DNA from: Bacteroidota bacterium
Lineage (GTDB): Bacteria; Bacteroidota; Bacteroidia; Bacteroidales; UBA7960
DNA length: 64,000 nucleotides
Assembly (NCBI GenBank): GCA_037441525.1
Contig: JBBISA010000001.1
Span: 151,198-215,197, forward strand
Direction: 5' to 3'
In this document: positions 9,200-17,549 of the stretch, in pieces
Layout: every line of letters starts with the position of its first letter
Position numbering within the stretch: the first letter of the stretch is position 1
Made by a program: the position numbers and the translations under genes
Notes under the pieces: generated by a model
Databases searched by the model: none
Told to the model about the DNA's origin: nothing
Seen by the model: the letters and a program-made list of their open reading frames with translations, nothing else

Positions 9200-10915
9200 C
9201 TATTTCAATACATCCCTTTTATGAAATTGGGTGAAAAATTCACTATCCAGTTCAGGATTTTGTGCTGCCAGCGAGTATTTTACCAAATCCTGGTTCAACC
9301 CTGCCATAATATTTGTTTTCAATTTTTCCAATTCCTGGGCCTGCTTTTTTCTCTGTTTTTGTTTGTCTGTATACATTACTATAGGTTGCCCGCCACCACC
9401 TGCACATCCGCCCGGGCAGGCCATTATCTCAATATAGTGTATATCGTTGCGACCTTCGGCTTTTAGCTGCTCCAGATATTTAGCAGTTTCTGCAATTCCG
9501 CTAACCCAGGCAAAACCATAATCATGTTTGCCTATTTTTACCTTCACTTCTCTTTTGCTACCAGGGTTTTTTGGGGGTGTGAAACGAAATGCACTGGCCG
9601 ATTTACCATTGACCATCAGATTCAACTGGTAAGCAACTGCTTCAGCTTTTCCGCCTGAGTATGACATCTGGAAGCCTGCTGATGAAGCATTGCCCTGGAG
9701 CATATCGGGTTCTTCGGGTTGAAGTTGAAGAATATTTAGTCCGAAACTCCTCATCATTCTTAAAAATTCTCTGACAGTGATAACGGCATCGGTTTCTGAA
9801 ATCCCTTTTTGGGTGTTTTCTTCGCGGGCTGCCTCAAATTTATTTGCCACACAGGCTGACAGTGCTACGGTGTATAGCCTTTCTGGCTCGGTATCCTTGC
9901 AGAGCTCATACTTTACAAGCCTTCCCATTAGCTGCTGTGGTGATTTTATGTTCGAAACATCAGGAAGCATTCCCGGCATAAACTCTTCGGCGTATTCAAC
10001 CCATGACGGACAGCATGATGAAAGCAACGGAACGGTAATTTCTTTTTCAACTCTTTCCTTCAGCCTTGATGCTTCAAGAATTATATTCAGATCACTGGCC
10101 ATTGCCGTATCAAAAACCTTGTTAAACCCTATATGTTTTAAGGCTGCGATGATAAGACCTTCGGGATTGTCGGTTGTTTTGATATTTAGATGTTCGGCTA
10201 CTGATGCAGTAAAACCTGGCGATATCATTGCCACCGTTGTTTTTTTCTGGTTGTTGATAGCTGATTGTACTTTTTCAATATGCGAAATATCGACCAGTGC
10301 ACCGGTGGGGCAATACATAATACATTGCCCGCAATCAATGCAACTCGAAACATTCAAACCTTTATTGAAGGCTGAGTTGACCCGGGTTTTGTTTCCTCTT
10401 GCTACAAATTCAATAGCAGTTACCAACTGCATTTCTTCGCAAACCCTGACGCATCGGTTGCATAAAATACATTTCGATGGGTCGCGATACACACTTGGGC
10501 TCGAATGGTCACGTTGTTCGCTGTTTTTTTTACTGTAATACCTTCTTTCCTTTACATGCAATTCTTCGGCAAGCCATTGCAATTCGCAGTTTCCGTTTCG
10601 CTCGCAGTATAAACAATCGTCGGGGTGGTTGGCCAATAACATTTCCACAATGGCTTTCCGGGCCTTTATTACCCTTTGTGTATTGGTTTTTACTATCATT
10701 CCGGGCTCTACAGGATAGGTGCATGATGTAATAAGGTCCCTTTTCCCTTCCACCTCAACCACACATAGCCTGCATGCGCCGGCTGGTGTAAATCCTGTTA
10801 TCTGACATAAGGTAGGAATTCTGATTCCATTGCGACGGAGTACAGTGAGAAGAATTTCTTCGTCCTGTACCTGCATCTGGGTATTATTTACGTTTATGTT
10901 AAAACTCATTGCCAA
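9200..10915 (-). CDS. hydA: [FeFe]-hydrogenase catalytic subunit, NuoG-like N-terminus (HydA of a HydABC complex)
   Basis: It has an N-terminal plant-type 2Fe-2S domain, a His-ligated cluster motif (HPDDCLYCERNGNC) and two 4Fe-4S motifs (CILCNRCVRVC, CIDCGQCIMYCP). The H-cluster L1 motif is SSCCPSW and L3 is IEIMACPGGCAGGGGQP. L2 is atypical (SACVANKFE). Confidence 0.85.
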   Translation of the reverse strand: MAMSFNINVNNTQMQVQDEEILLTVLRRNGIRIPTLCQITGFTPAGACRLCVVEVEGKRDLITSCTYPVEPGMIVKTNTQRVIKARKAIVEMLLANHPDDCLYCERNGNCELQWLAEELHVKERRYYSKKNSEQRDHSSPSVYRDPSKCILCNRCVRVCEEMQLVTAIEFVARGNKTRVNSAFNKGLNVSSCIDCGQCIMYCPTGALVDISHIEKVQSAINNQKKTTVAMISPGFTASVAEHLNIKTTDNPEGLIIAALKHIGFNKVFDTAMASDLNIILEASRLKERVEKEITVPLLSSCCPSWVEYAEEFMPGMLPDVSNIKSPQQLMGRLVKYELCKDTEPERLYTVALSACVANKFEAAREENTQKGISETDAVITVREFLRMMRSFGLNILQLQPEEPDMLQGNASSAGFQMSYSGGKAEAVAYQLNLMVNGKSASAFRFTPPKNPGSKREVKVKIGKHDYGFAWVSGIAETAKYLEQLKAEGRNDIHYIEIMACPGGCAGGGGQPIVMYTDKQKQRKKQAQELEKLKTNIMAGLNQDLVKYSLAAQNPELDSEFFTQFHKRDVLK

Positions 10916-10920
10916 AAGGG

Positions 10921-12870
10921 TTAATCGACTATAACAGCATTAAACTTACACACCTCAAAACAGGCATTACAGGCAATACATTTATCCTGCACAATAAAAT
11001 GTGGTTGCCGCGGAGAACCAATGATGGCATCCACAGGGCACTTTTTAAAACATGCTGTGCAACCGGTACACATATCCACATCAATGTTGTAGGTTCTGAG
11101 TTCGCGACATACCCCAGCCGGACATTTCCGCTCGAAAACATGTGCGTCGAACTCAGTTTTAAAGTTCGACAAAGTGTTGAGTATGGCATTTGGTGCCGAT
11201 TTGCCAAGAGAGCACAAACTTGAGTCCTTCATTACATCGGCCATATTTTTTAAATGCATTATGCCCTTGAAACGCTCAAGGGTTTGAAACGCATTTTCCT
11301 TCGAAGGCCTGCGGGTTGCTGATTCCACAATTTCGAGCATCAATGCTGTACCTTCGCGGCATGGAATGCATTTTCCGCAACTTTCATTTTTAAAGAAAGC
11401 CGTAAAAAAACGGGCCAGATCAAGCATACAACTGTCTTGGCCTACTACCACACAGGCTCCGCTTCCAAGTTGTGAACCCACCGAACGCAATTCCTGAAAA
11501 TCCACACGCGTATCAATAGTTTTTTCGGTGATATAACTCCCACTGTTTATACCCAGGATGATTGCTTTAAAGGGTGCAACTCCTTTCATGCCACCTCCGA
11601 TTTCTTCAACAATGGTCCTGAAGGTTATTCCCATTTCAACTTCAATGGTGCCATACCTCATTACTTTTCCGCTGAGGGTAAATAGCTTGGTACCTTTGCT
11701 TACCTTATTGCCGATGGTTTTAAACCAATCAGGCCCGTTTTTAATGATCAACGGCACATTTATAAGAGTTTCCAGATTGTTTACAATGGTAGGTTTATTC
11801 CATAAACCCTTTATTGCCGGGAAAGGTGGCTTGTAAACCGGCATCGCTCTTTTTCCTTCAATACTGTTTATCAGCGCGGTTTCTTCTCCGCACACAAAGG
11901 CCCTGGCTCCTTCTTTCACAATCACATCAAGGTTAACACCCGATTCAAAGATGTGATGCCCGATAATTCCAAACTCCCGGGCTTGTTTTATTGCTTCATT
12001 AAGTCTTTCAATTGCCAGTGCAAACTCGCCCCGGGTAAAGATGAATGCCTTGGAGGCTCCTATGGCGTAGGAAGCTATTAAAAGTGCCTCAATTAACTTG
12101 TGAGGATTGCTTTCCATTATCACCCTGTTCATATAACTGCCAGGGTCGCTTTCAACGGCATTACAAACGAAATACTTCTGGTCGCTCACCGCATTGAGCG
12201 ATATTTTCCATTTTTTACCGGCAAGAAAAGCTCCTCCGCCCCTTCCGGCAAGTTCACTCTCTTCAACAATATCGCATACCTGTGAGGGAGTATGGTGGGT
12301 AATTGTATCAGCAAAAGCCTGATAACCTCCTTTTGCAATGTATTGTTCTATCGAAACAGGGTCAATAATGCCACAATTTGCAGTAAGGATTTTTTTCTGT
12401 GGTGCAAAAAATGGCAAATCATTCATAAAAGGAACACCTTCCCAGAGTTGGTGCAATTCGTTGCGGTATTGCCCCAACACATGCTTTTCAGGGAGATTGT
12501 TATTGAGAATTTCATCCAAAAAAGATGGAACATCATCTTTGTAAACATTATGAAATGAAATTCTGGCCTTTCCCGGAAGTTGAATATCTACAATGGGCTC
12601 GGCAGCACAGAAACCGTTACAACCTCCTTTTATAAGGTCAATGTTCAGTCCGTTATCCGCAATGTACTTTTCAATTGCCAGGTAAGTTTTCAGCGCACCC
12701 GCAGCAACACCACAGGTTGCAGTGCCTACAAAAATCAACGGATTAGAAATGCGTTCAAGGGCAATATAAGACAGTTGCCTGGCAATAGCAGGGTCAGCAT
12801 CCCTTTGGGGATTAAGCAGAACCTTTTCGATAAGATACTGCTTTATTTGGGCAGGATCATTAATTTTCAT
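10921..12870 (-). CDS. hydB: NADH-binding flavoprotein subunit of the hydrogenase (NuoF-like)
   Basis: 649 aa. It has an FMN/NADH region (GRGGGAFLAGKKW), the N3-type cluster motif ESCGKCIPCREG, an N-terminal thioredoxin-like Cys motif (GGCNGFCAAEP) and a C-terminal 2x[4Fe-4S] ferredoxin (CTGCTACFKKCP, CIACNACFEVC). Confidence 0.9.
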   Translation of the reverse strand: MKINDPAQIKQYLIEKVLLNPQRDADPAIARQLSYIALERISNPLIFVGTATCGVAAGALKTYLAIEKYIADNGLNIDLIKGGCNGFCAAEPIVDIQLPGKARISFHNVYKDDVPSFLDEILNNNLPEKHVLGQYRNELHQLWEGVPFMNDLPFFAPQKKILTANCGIIDPVSIEQYIAKGGYQAFADTITHHTPSQVCDIVEESELAGRGGGAFLAGKKWKISLNAVSDQKYFVCNAVESDPGSYMNRVIMESNPHKLIEALLIASYAIGASKAFIFTRGEFALAIERLNEAIKQAREFGIIGHHIFESGVNLDVIVKEGARAFVCGEETALINSIEGKRAMPVYKPPFPAIKGLWNKPTIVNNLETLINVPLIIKNGPDWFKTIGNKVSKGTKLFTLSGKVMRYGTIEVEMGITFRTIVEEIGGGMKGVAPFKAIILGINSGSYITEKTIDTRVDFQELRSVGSQLGSGACVVVGQDSCMLDLARFFTAFFKNESCGKCIPCREGTALMLEIVESATRRPSKENAFQTLERFKGIMHLKNMADVMKDSSLCSLGKSAPNAILNTLSNFKTEFDAHVFERKCPAGVCRELRTYNIDVDMCTGCTACFKKCPVDAIIGSPRQPHFIVQDKCIACNACFEVCKFNAVIVD

Positions 12871-13366
12871 AGTCTGTTTCTGGATTTTGCCTGAAATAAC
12901 TGATTAAGTTTTTTACTGAATCCAAATCCAGGTTGGTATAGTATTGCTGGTTAATTTCAATAACCGGGGCAAGTCCGCAGGCCCCAATACATGATACTAC
13001 CTCAAGGCTGAACAAGCCTGATTTGTCAGTTTCGCCACTTTTAATTTTCAGGTGTTTTTCCAGTTCGGTCAATATGTTTGAAGAACCAGCAACATGGCAG
13101 GCAGTACCGTTGCACAGCCTGATATGATATTTTCCCTTGGGTCCGAACCTGAAATTATCATAAAATGTAGCTACCCCAAAAATTTTGTTAACAGAAATAT
13201 CGAGGTACTTTCCCACATGAATAATGATCTCTTCTGATAAAAATCCGAAATGGTCCTGAATTTTGTGCAACATGGGGATCAGATCGTCGCGTTGTCGGTT
13301 GGGAAATTGTTCAAAAATTACCGAGAGTTTCCTATCCATGGGTGTGTGTTGATAAATTCTTAACAA
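12860..13366 (-). CDS. hydC: [2Fe-2S] thioredoxin-like subunit of the hydrogenase (NuoE-like)
   Basis: 168 aa with the NuoE Cys pattern CNGTACH...SCIGACGLAPV. It overlaps hydB by 11 nt. Confidence 0.9.
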   Translation of the reverse strand: MLRIYQHTPMDRKLSVIFEQFPNRQRDDLIPMLHKIQDHFGFLSEEIIIHVGKYLDISVNKIFGVATFYDNFRFGPKGKYHIRLCNGTACHVAGSSNILTELEKHLKIKSGETDKSGLFSLEVVSCIGACGLAPVIEINQQYYTNLDLDSVKNLISYFRQNPETDYEN

Positions 13367-13447
13367 TGAAAGACAGGGTTATATTTAGCTGCTCCAGGGT
13401 TTGATAAATAAGCTGTTATACTGATCATAACCTTCAGGCAGTTGCCA

Positions 13448-13455
13448 CAAATATA
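13448..13455 (-). promoter_or_regulatory. Candidate Bacteroidota -7 promoter box (TATATTTG) for hydCBA
   Basis: The minus strand reads TATATTTG, matching the TAnnTTTG consensus. It lies about 80 nt upstream of the hydC ATG. Confidence 0.35.
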
Positions 13456-13593
13456 AGAAAAATTATAAGTGCCAAGGGTTTATTTAAGGGGCAATCAGGC
13501 CAATTTAGACTTAATCTGATTCAGCATTAAGTGCCCGGGATATTTTGCTGTGAAGTTATTAGCATTTTAACCCGTAGATAATTGGATTATAGT

Positions 13594-13601
13594 TAATTTT
13601 G
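13594..13601 (+). promoter_or_regulatory. Candidate Bacteroidota -7 promoter box (TAATTTTG) for the ferredoxin/hydS/phosphatase operon
   Basis: It matches TAnnTTTG and lies about 60 nt upstream of the ATG at 13663. Confidence 0.35.
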
Positions 13602-13615
13602 TGAAAAAAATAACA

Positions 13616-13631
13616 GGTGAATAGGTTCACC
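13616..13631. promoter_or_regulatory. Candidate Rex operator (GGTGAA-TAGG-TTCACC)
   Basis: The 6-nt arms are perfect inverted repeats with 4-nt spacing. This matches the core GTGAA-N4-TTCAC of the Rex consensus TTGTGAA-N4-TTCACAA. A TTGTGAA half-site also lies at 13599..13605. The palindrome is immediately downstream of the putative -7 box. Confidence 0.5.
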
Positions 13632-13662
13632 ACACAACCAGCATGTAATTCCACTTTCGCTG

Positions 13663-13923
13663 ATGGTACAAAACGTTCAAACAATAGTAATATGTATGGG
13701 GAGCAGTTGCTTTTCGCGAGGCAATAAGAAAACGGTTGCATTTTTACAGCAATACCTTAAAGATCGAAAGCTTGAAGACCATGTTACTCTTAAAGGGGCA
13801 CATTGTATGGGGCATTGTGAGAAGGGCCCTGTAATTAAACTGGATAATGACTTATTTTTTTACTCCGATCAACAAAAACTTGAGGCCTTACTTGATAAAG
13901 CATTTAATGTTAAAGGAGCCTAA
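13663..13923 (+). CDS. Small thioredoxin-like [2Fe-2S] ferredoxin
   Basis: 86 aa. The Cys pattern is C-x4-C ... C-x3-C (CMGSSC ... CMGHCEKGP), typical of the NuoE-C-terminal/thioredoxin-like ferredoxin fold. Confidence 0.75.
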   Translation: MVQNVQTIVICMGSSCFSRGNKKTVAFLQQYLKDRKLEDHVTLKGAHCMGHCEKGPVIKLDNDLFFYSDQQKLEALLDKAFNVKGA

Positions 13924-14107
13924 AATCTATACCATATTACATAGCGGAGTATCAGGGTACGAAAACTTAAATTACCAAGGCTTTAATTATGAAACGAAAA
14001 TATTTGCCAAAGAAAACAATCGGGTTTGCGAGCTCAACAAAATTAAACCTCCATCAAAATTGCAAACATGGAGTTCCATCAGACCTTTTAAAGAAAAATC
14101 CTGACTG

Positions 14108-15964
14108 ATGAAACTTATATCAATCGACCTCGATAAGTGTAATACTTCTTATGCCTGTGTAAGGGCATGCCCGGTAAAGGCTATTACCATCAATAAAAAA
14201 ACTGACCTTCCTGAAGTTAATCACGATCGATGCATAGGATGTGGTGGTTGTCTTGGGGTATGCCAGGCTGGTGCAGTATCATATAAAAGTTCAATAGATG
14301 AAACCCTTGAACTGCTTAAATCTGACCAACAGGTGGCTGCTATTGTTGATCCCAGCATCAGCGGCGAATTTCCGGATATAACCGATTACCGCAGATTTGT
14401 TGAAATGATTAGGGTTTTAGGATTCAACTATGTTAATGAGGTTTCCTTTGGTGTAGATTTGGTGGGTAGGGAATACAACAACCTGTTTACCAACTTTCGT
14501 GGGAAATATTACCTTACATCCAATTGTCCAACAGTAACAGCATACATTGAAAAGTTTTTTCCCGAAATGATCAACAATCTCAGTCCTATTGTTACCCCTA
14601 TGACCGCAACGGCTATGGTGGTAAGAAAGCTTTACGGGAAAGATATAAAGGTTGTTTTTATTGGTCCGTGCATATCGGCAAAGCACGAGGCAATCCGTCA
14701 TGATGGTGAAGCAAAAGTTGATGCAGTGCTCACCTTCCAGGAATTAAGGGAACTTTTTTCACGATTCAATGTAACGGAATCGAAAGTGGAATACTCCGAT
14801 TTTGACAAACCCATTGGCAACCTGGGATCACTTTATCCACTGAGTCGCGGAATACTCGCAGCGGCCGGCCTGGTCGAAAACCTGCTTGGTTCCGATATTT
14901 TTACTGCATCCGGAGCCGGAAACATCCTTGATGCTGTTCAGGAGTTTCATGCCAGGCCAGAAGCGGTAAAAAAACACTTCAATCTTTTTTATTGCGAAGG
15001 ATGTTTAATGGGCCCAGGTACCAGCAACACCAGCCATAAATTTCTCAGAAAAACCCTGGTCGTTGATTATTCACGCAAACGTCTTGAAAAATTTGACGAA
15101 CCAGAGTGGAATAAATACATGGCTGAGTTTTCTGAATTGCAACTTTCGCGTATATTTCTAAACGACGACCAACGCCTTGAAATGCCCTCAGATGACCACA
15201 TTGAAGAAATCCTTAAATCAGTAGGCAAAACACCCAACGAAAAAGGAGCATGTAGCGCTTGCGGATTCAGATCGTGCCGTGATTTTGCCATTGCGGTAAG
15301 CCAGGGCCTTTCAAAACCCGATACATGTCTTACATGGTCGCTCAAAAATAAACAGGATTACATTAAAACCCTGAAAACCAATAACGAAAAACTAAGGAAA
15401 CAACAGATTGAAGCAGAGGAAAACCAAAAACTTCTGAAGGCTGAAAATCAAAAAATCAAAATAAAGTCTGATACTATCTCCTCTTTGTTGCAAAATTTAC
15501 CCTCTGCAGCCGTTATTGTTGACGAAAAACTTAAGGTAATAGAATCTAATCAGTCATTTATCAATATCTTAGGTGATGATGCAAAACTTATAAACGATGT
15601 TATTCCCGGATTAATAGGGGCTGATCTTAAAACTCTCCTGCCCTATAATATCTATAATCTTTTCAGTTTTGTGCTTCAGAAAGATGAAAACATTATTAGC
15701 CGTGATATCCATTTTAATGATGGTTTGTTGAATATCAGTGTATTTTCATTAAAACCAAACAAAATTGTTGGTGCGGTATTAAGAGATATGTATGTTGCTG
15801 AAGTGAGGCAGGAAGAAATTATAAACCGTGTCAATGAAGTGATAGATGAGAACCTGAAAATGGTTCAGCAAATTGCCTTTTCGCTGGGAGAAGGGGCATC
15901 GAAAACGGAAAAAATGCTCAATTCAATAATTGAAACATACAAAAAAATTAAAAAGGCTGATTAA
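14108..15964 (+). CDS. Sensory-type [FeFe]-hydrogenase-like protein with C-terminal PAS domain (HydS-like)
   Basis: It has two N-terminal 4Fe-4S motifs. The H-domain carries sensor-type variants (TSNCP, GPCISAKHE, YCEGCLMGPG). The C-x2-C-x4-C-x16-C motif is present (CSACGFRSCRDFAIAVSQGLSKPDTC). A coiled coil and a PAS-like C-terminus follow (LPSAAVIVDEKLKVIESNQSF...). Confidence 0.85.
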   Translation: MKLISIDLDKCNTSYACVRACPVKAITINKKTDLPEVNHDRCIGCGGCLGVCQAGAVSYKSSIDETLELLKSDQQVAAIVDPSISGEFPDITDYRRFVEMIRVLGFNYVNEVSFGVDLVGREYNNLFTNFRGKYYLTSNCPTVTAYIEKFFPEMINNLSPIVTPMTATAMVVRKLYGKDIKVVFIGPCISAKHEAIRHDGEAKVDAVLTFQELRELFSRFNVTESKVEYSDFDKPIGNLGSLYPLSRGILAAAGLVENLLGSDIFTASGAGNILDAVQEFHARPEAVKKHFNLFYCEGCLMGPGTSNTSHKFLRKTLVVDYSRKRLEKFDEPEWNKYMAEFSELQLSRIFLNDDQRLEMPSDDHIEEILKSVGKTPNEKGACSACGFRSCRDFAIAVSQGLSKPDTCLTWSLKNKQDYIKTLKTNNEKLRKQQIEAEENQKLLKAENQKIKIKSDTISSLLQNLPSAAVIVDEKLKVIESNQSFINILGDDAKLINDVIPGLIGADLKTLLPYNIYNLFSFVLQKDENIISRDIHFNDGLLNISVFSLKPNKIVGAVLRDMYVAEVRQEEIINRVNEVIDENLKMVQQIAFSLGEGASKTEKMLNSIIETYKKIKKAD

Positions 15965-16023
15965 ACAGAGATTGTCAAATTAAAGATATGACATCTAATG
16001 GGTTTATTCGCAATCACATATAA

Positions 16024-17205
16024 ATGGACGAATCGTTTTACATAGAAGTTGGAGTAAATCAGAAAAGCCATTTTGGCGAACGGATTTGTGGTGATGTTTT
16101 CCTTTCGAGAAAGGTTAAGGAGGAAAACAGGACAATTTTGGTACTTTCGGATGGTATGGGTCATGGTGTTAAAGCCAATCTTCTTGCCACTCTTACCGCC
16201 ACTATGGCTCTGAATTTTACCGTTGAGCATAAAGATGTCCATAAAATTGCCGAAATCATTATGAATACCCTGCCCGTTTGCAGCGAGCGAAAAATCAGCT
16301 ATTCCACATTCACAGTGGTTGATATTGAAAGTACCGGACAAACAACCATAATTAATTACGACAACCCCGAGTGCATAATTTTGCGAGGTGAGGAACTTCT
16401 CAAATCCCAATGGCATACCATAACCCTCGAAACAGAATCGCAAAACAAGGAAATCAGAGCATGTACCTTTAAAGCAAAGAAAGAAGACCGGATTATATTG
16501 CTTTCTGACGGCATCACACAATCAGGGCTTGGAAAAGGCAAATACCTACTGGGTTTTGGTTTGGAAAATACTCGCGAATTAGTTTTGTCCAAATTAAAGG
16601 AAAATGCGTCCATTTCTGCCGTAAAACTCTCAGGTGCTCTGGTTAGCAAAGCTCATAGCAACGACGATTATCAACCAAAGGATGATATAAGCACTGTTGT
16701 TGTTTACTTGCGCGAACCCCGAAAATTATTGCTTTGCTCAGGTCCACCCTTCGATACGGCCAAAGATGAATACCTGGCAAACAAAGTAAGAGACTTTAAC
16801 GGGAAAAAAATTTTATCCGGTGGCACCACTGTGGATATTGTGGCGCGTATTCTTAATACTTCTGTAGAAGATACGCTTGAATTCAACGATCCTGATTTGC
16901 CCCCGCTTTCCTACATGGAGGGGATAGACCTTGCCACTGAAGGCATTTTAACCCTGAGCAAGGTGAGTAATATACTCGAAAAATTCAATGAACGTACCGA
17001 ACTTGGCAGAGGCCCTGCAGACCTTATAGTTAAGATGCTGCTCGAAAGTGATGAAATTTACCTGTGTATCGGCACCGCAATTAACATAGCGCATCAAGAC
17101 CCCAACCTTCCGGTTGAATTAGAGATTCGAAGAAGTGTAGCAAGAAAACTATCAATTCAGTTAGAAGAGAAATTTCTTAAGGAAGTTTTTATTGAATTTA
17201 TATAG
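16024..17205 (+). CDS. PP2C/SpoIIE-family serine phosphatase with an uncharacterised ~160-aa C-terminal domain
   Basis: It has the motifs GDVF...LVLSDGMGHGVKA and ILLSDGITQSG, which carry the metal-binding Asp residues of SpoIIE-type PP2C. It lies 60 nt downstream of the hydS-like gene. Confidence 0.85.
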   Translation: MDESFYIEVGVNQKSHFGERICGDVFLSRKVKEENRTILVLSDGMGHGVKANLLATLTATMALNFTVEHKDVHKIAEIIMNTLPVCSERKISYSTFTVVDIESTGQTTIINYDNPECIILRGEELLKSQWHTITLETESQNKEIRACTFKAKKEDRIILLSDGITQSGLGKGKYLLGFGLENTRELVLSKLKENASISAVKLSGALVSKAHSNDDYQPKDDISTVVVYLREPRKLLLCSGPPFDTAKDEYLANKVRDFNGKKILSGGTTVDIVARILNTSVEDTLEFNDPDLPPLSYMEGIDLATEGILTLSKVSNILEKFNERTELGRGPADLIVKMLLESDEIYLCIGTAINIAHQDPNLPVELEIRRSVARKLSIQLEEKFLKEVFIEFI

Positions 17206-17549
17206 CCTCAATTATTAAAGCTAATCTAAATATTTCTATATTTAGTCTGAAAAAAATACGATTTTGCTACGACATTATCTTATTTTAAATTAGTCTAAAT
17301 AACAATTAATAGATTCTTATAAAAAAAATTAATTAAACCAACTTTTCTATTATGCTGATTTTTAGACACAAACAACTTAATTAGTTTTAAATCGAAATAA
17401 ATCAAGTTTTGGTCGACATATTTTGTGTTTGAATTGTAGAGAATTATTTTTACATTTGTTGCGTTGATTTTTATTAGTCAACATTATCCGACAACGCAAA
17501 TACAAAAATCGGCTGTTTACCGGTTGATTTTTTGAAAACTAAAAATTAA

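Noticed and set aside
9777-10538. 253-aa ORF on the plus strand inside hydA.
   Set aside because: It is antisense to a gene with clear Fe-S and H-cluster motifs. The translation is Ser/Phe-rich and featureless, so it is a shadow ORF. The same reasoning applies to the other antisense ORFs inside hydA, hydB and hydS (for example 7226..7498, 11558..11836 and 12292..12558).
13847-14104. 85-aa ORF in the gap between the ferredoxin gene and hydS.
   Set aside because: It overlaps the ferredoxin 3' end in another frame, has a Lys/Asn-rich composition and has no motif. The 184-nt gap more likely holds only regulatory sequence. A small CTCCAT/ATGGAG hairpin is present, but I could not interpret it.
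15961-16521. 186-aa ORF on the minus strand overlapping the start of the PP2C phosphatase gene.
   Set aside because: It is antisense to a gene with clear PP2C motifs and has no motif of its own. Real convergent overlap of this length is unlikely.
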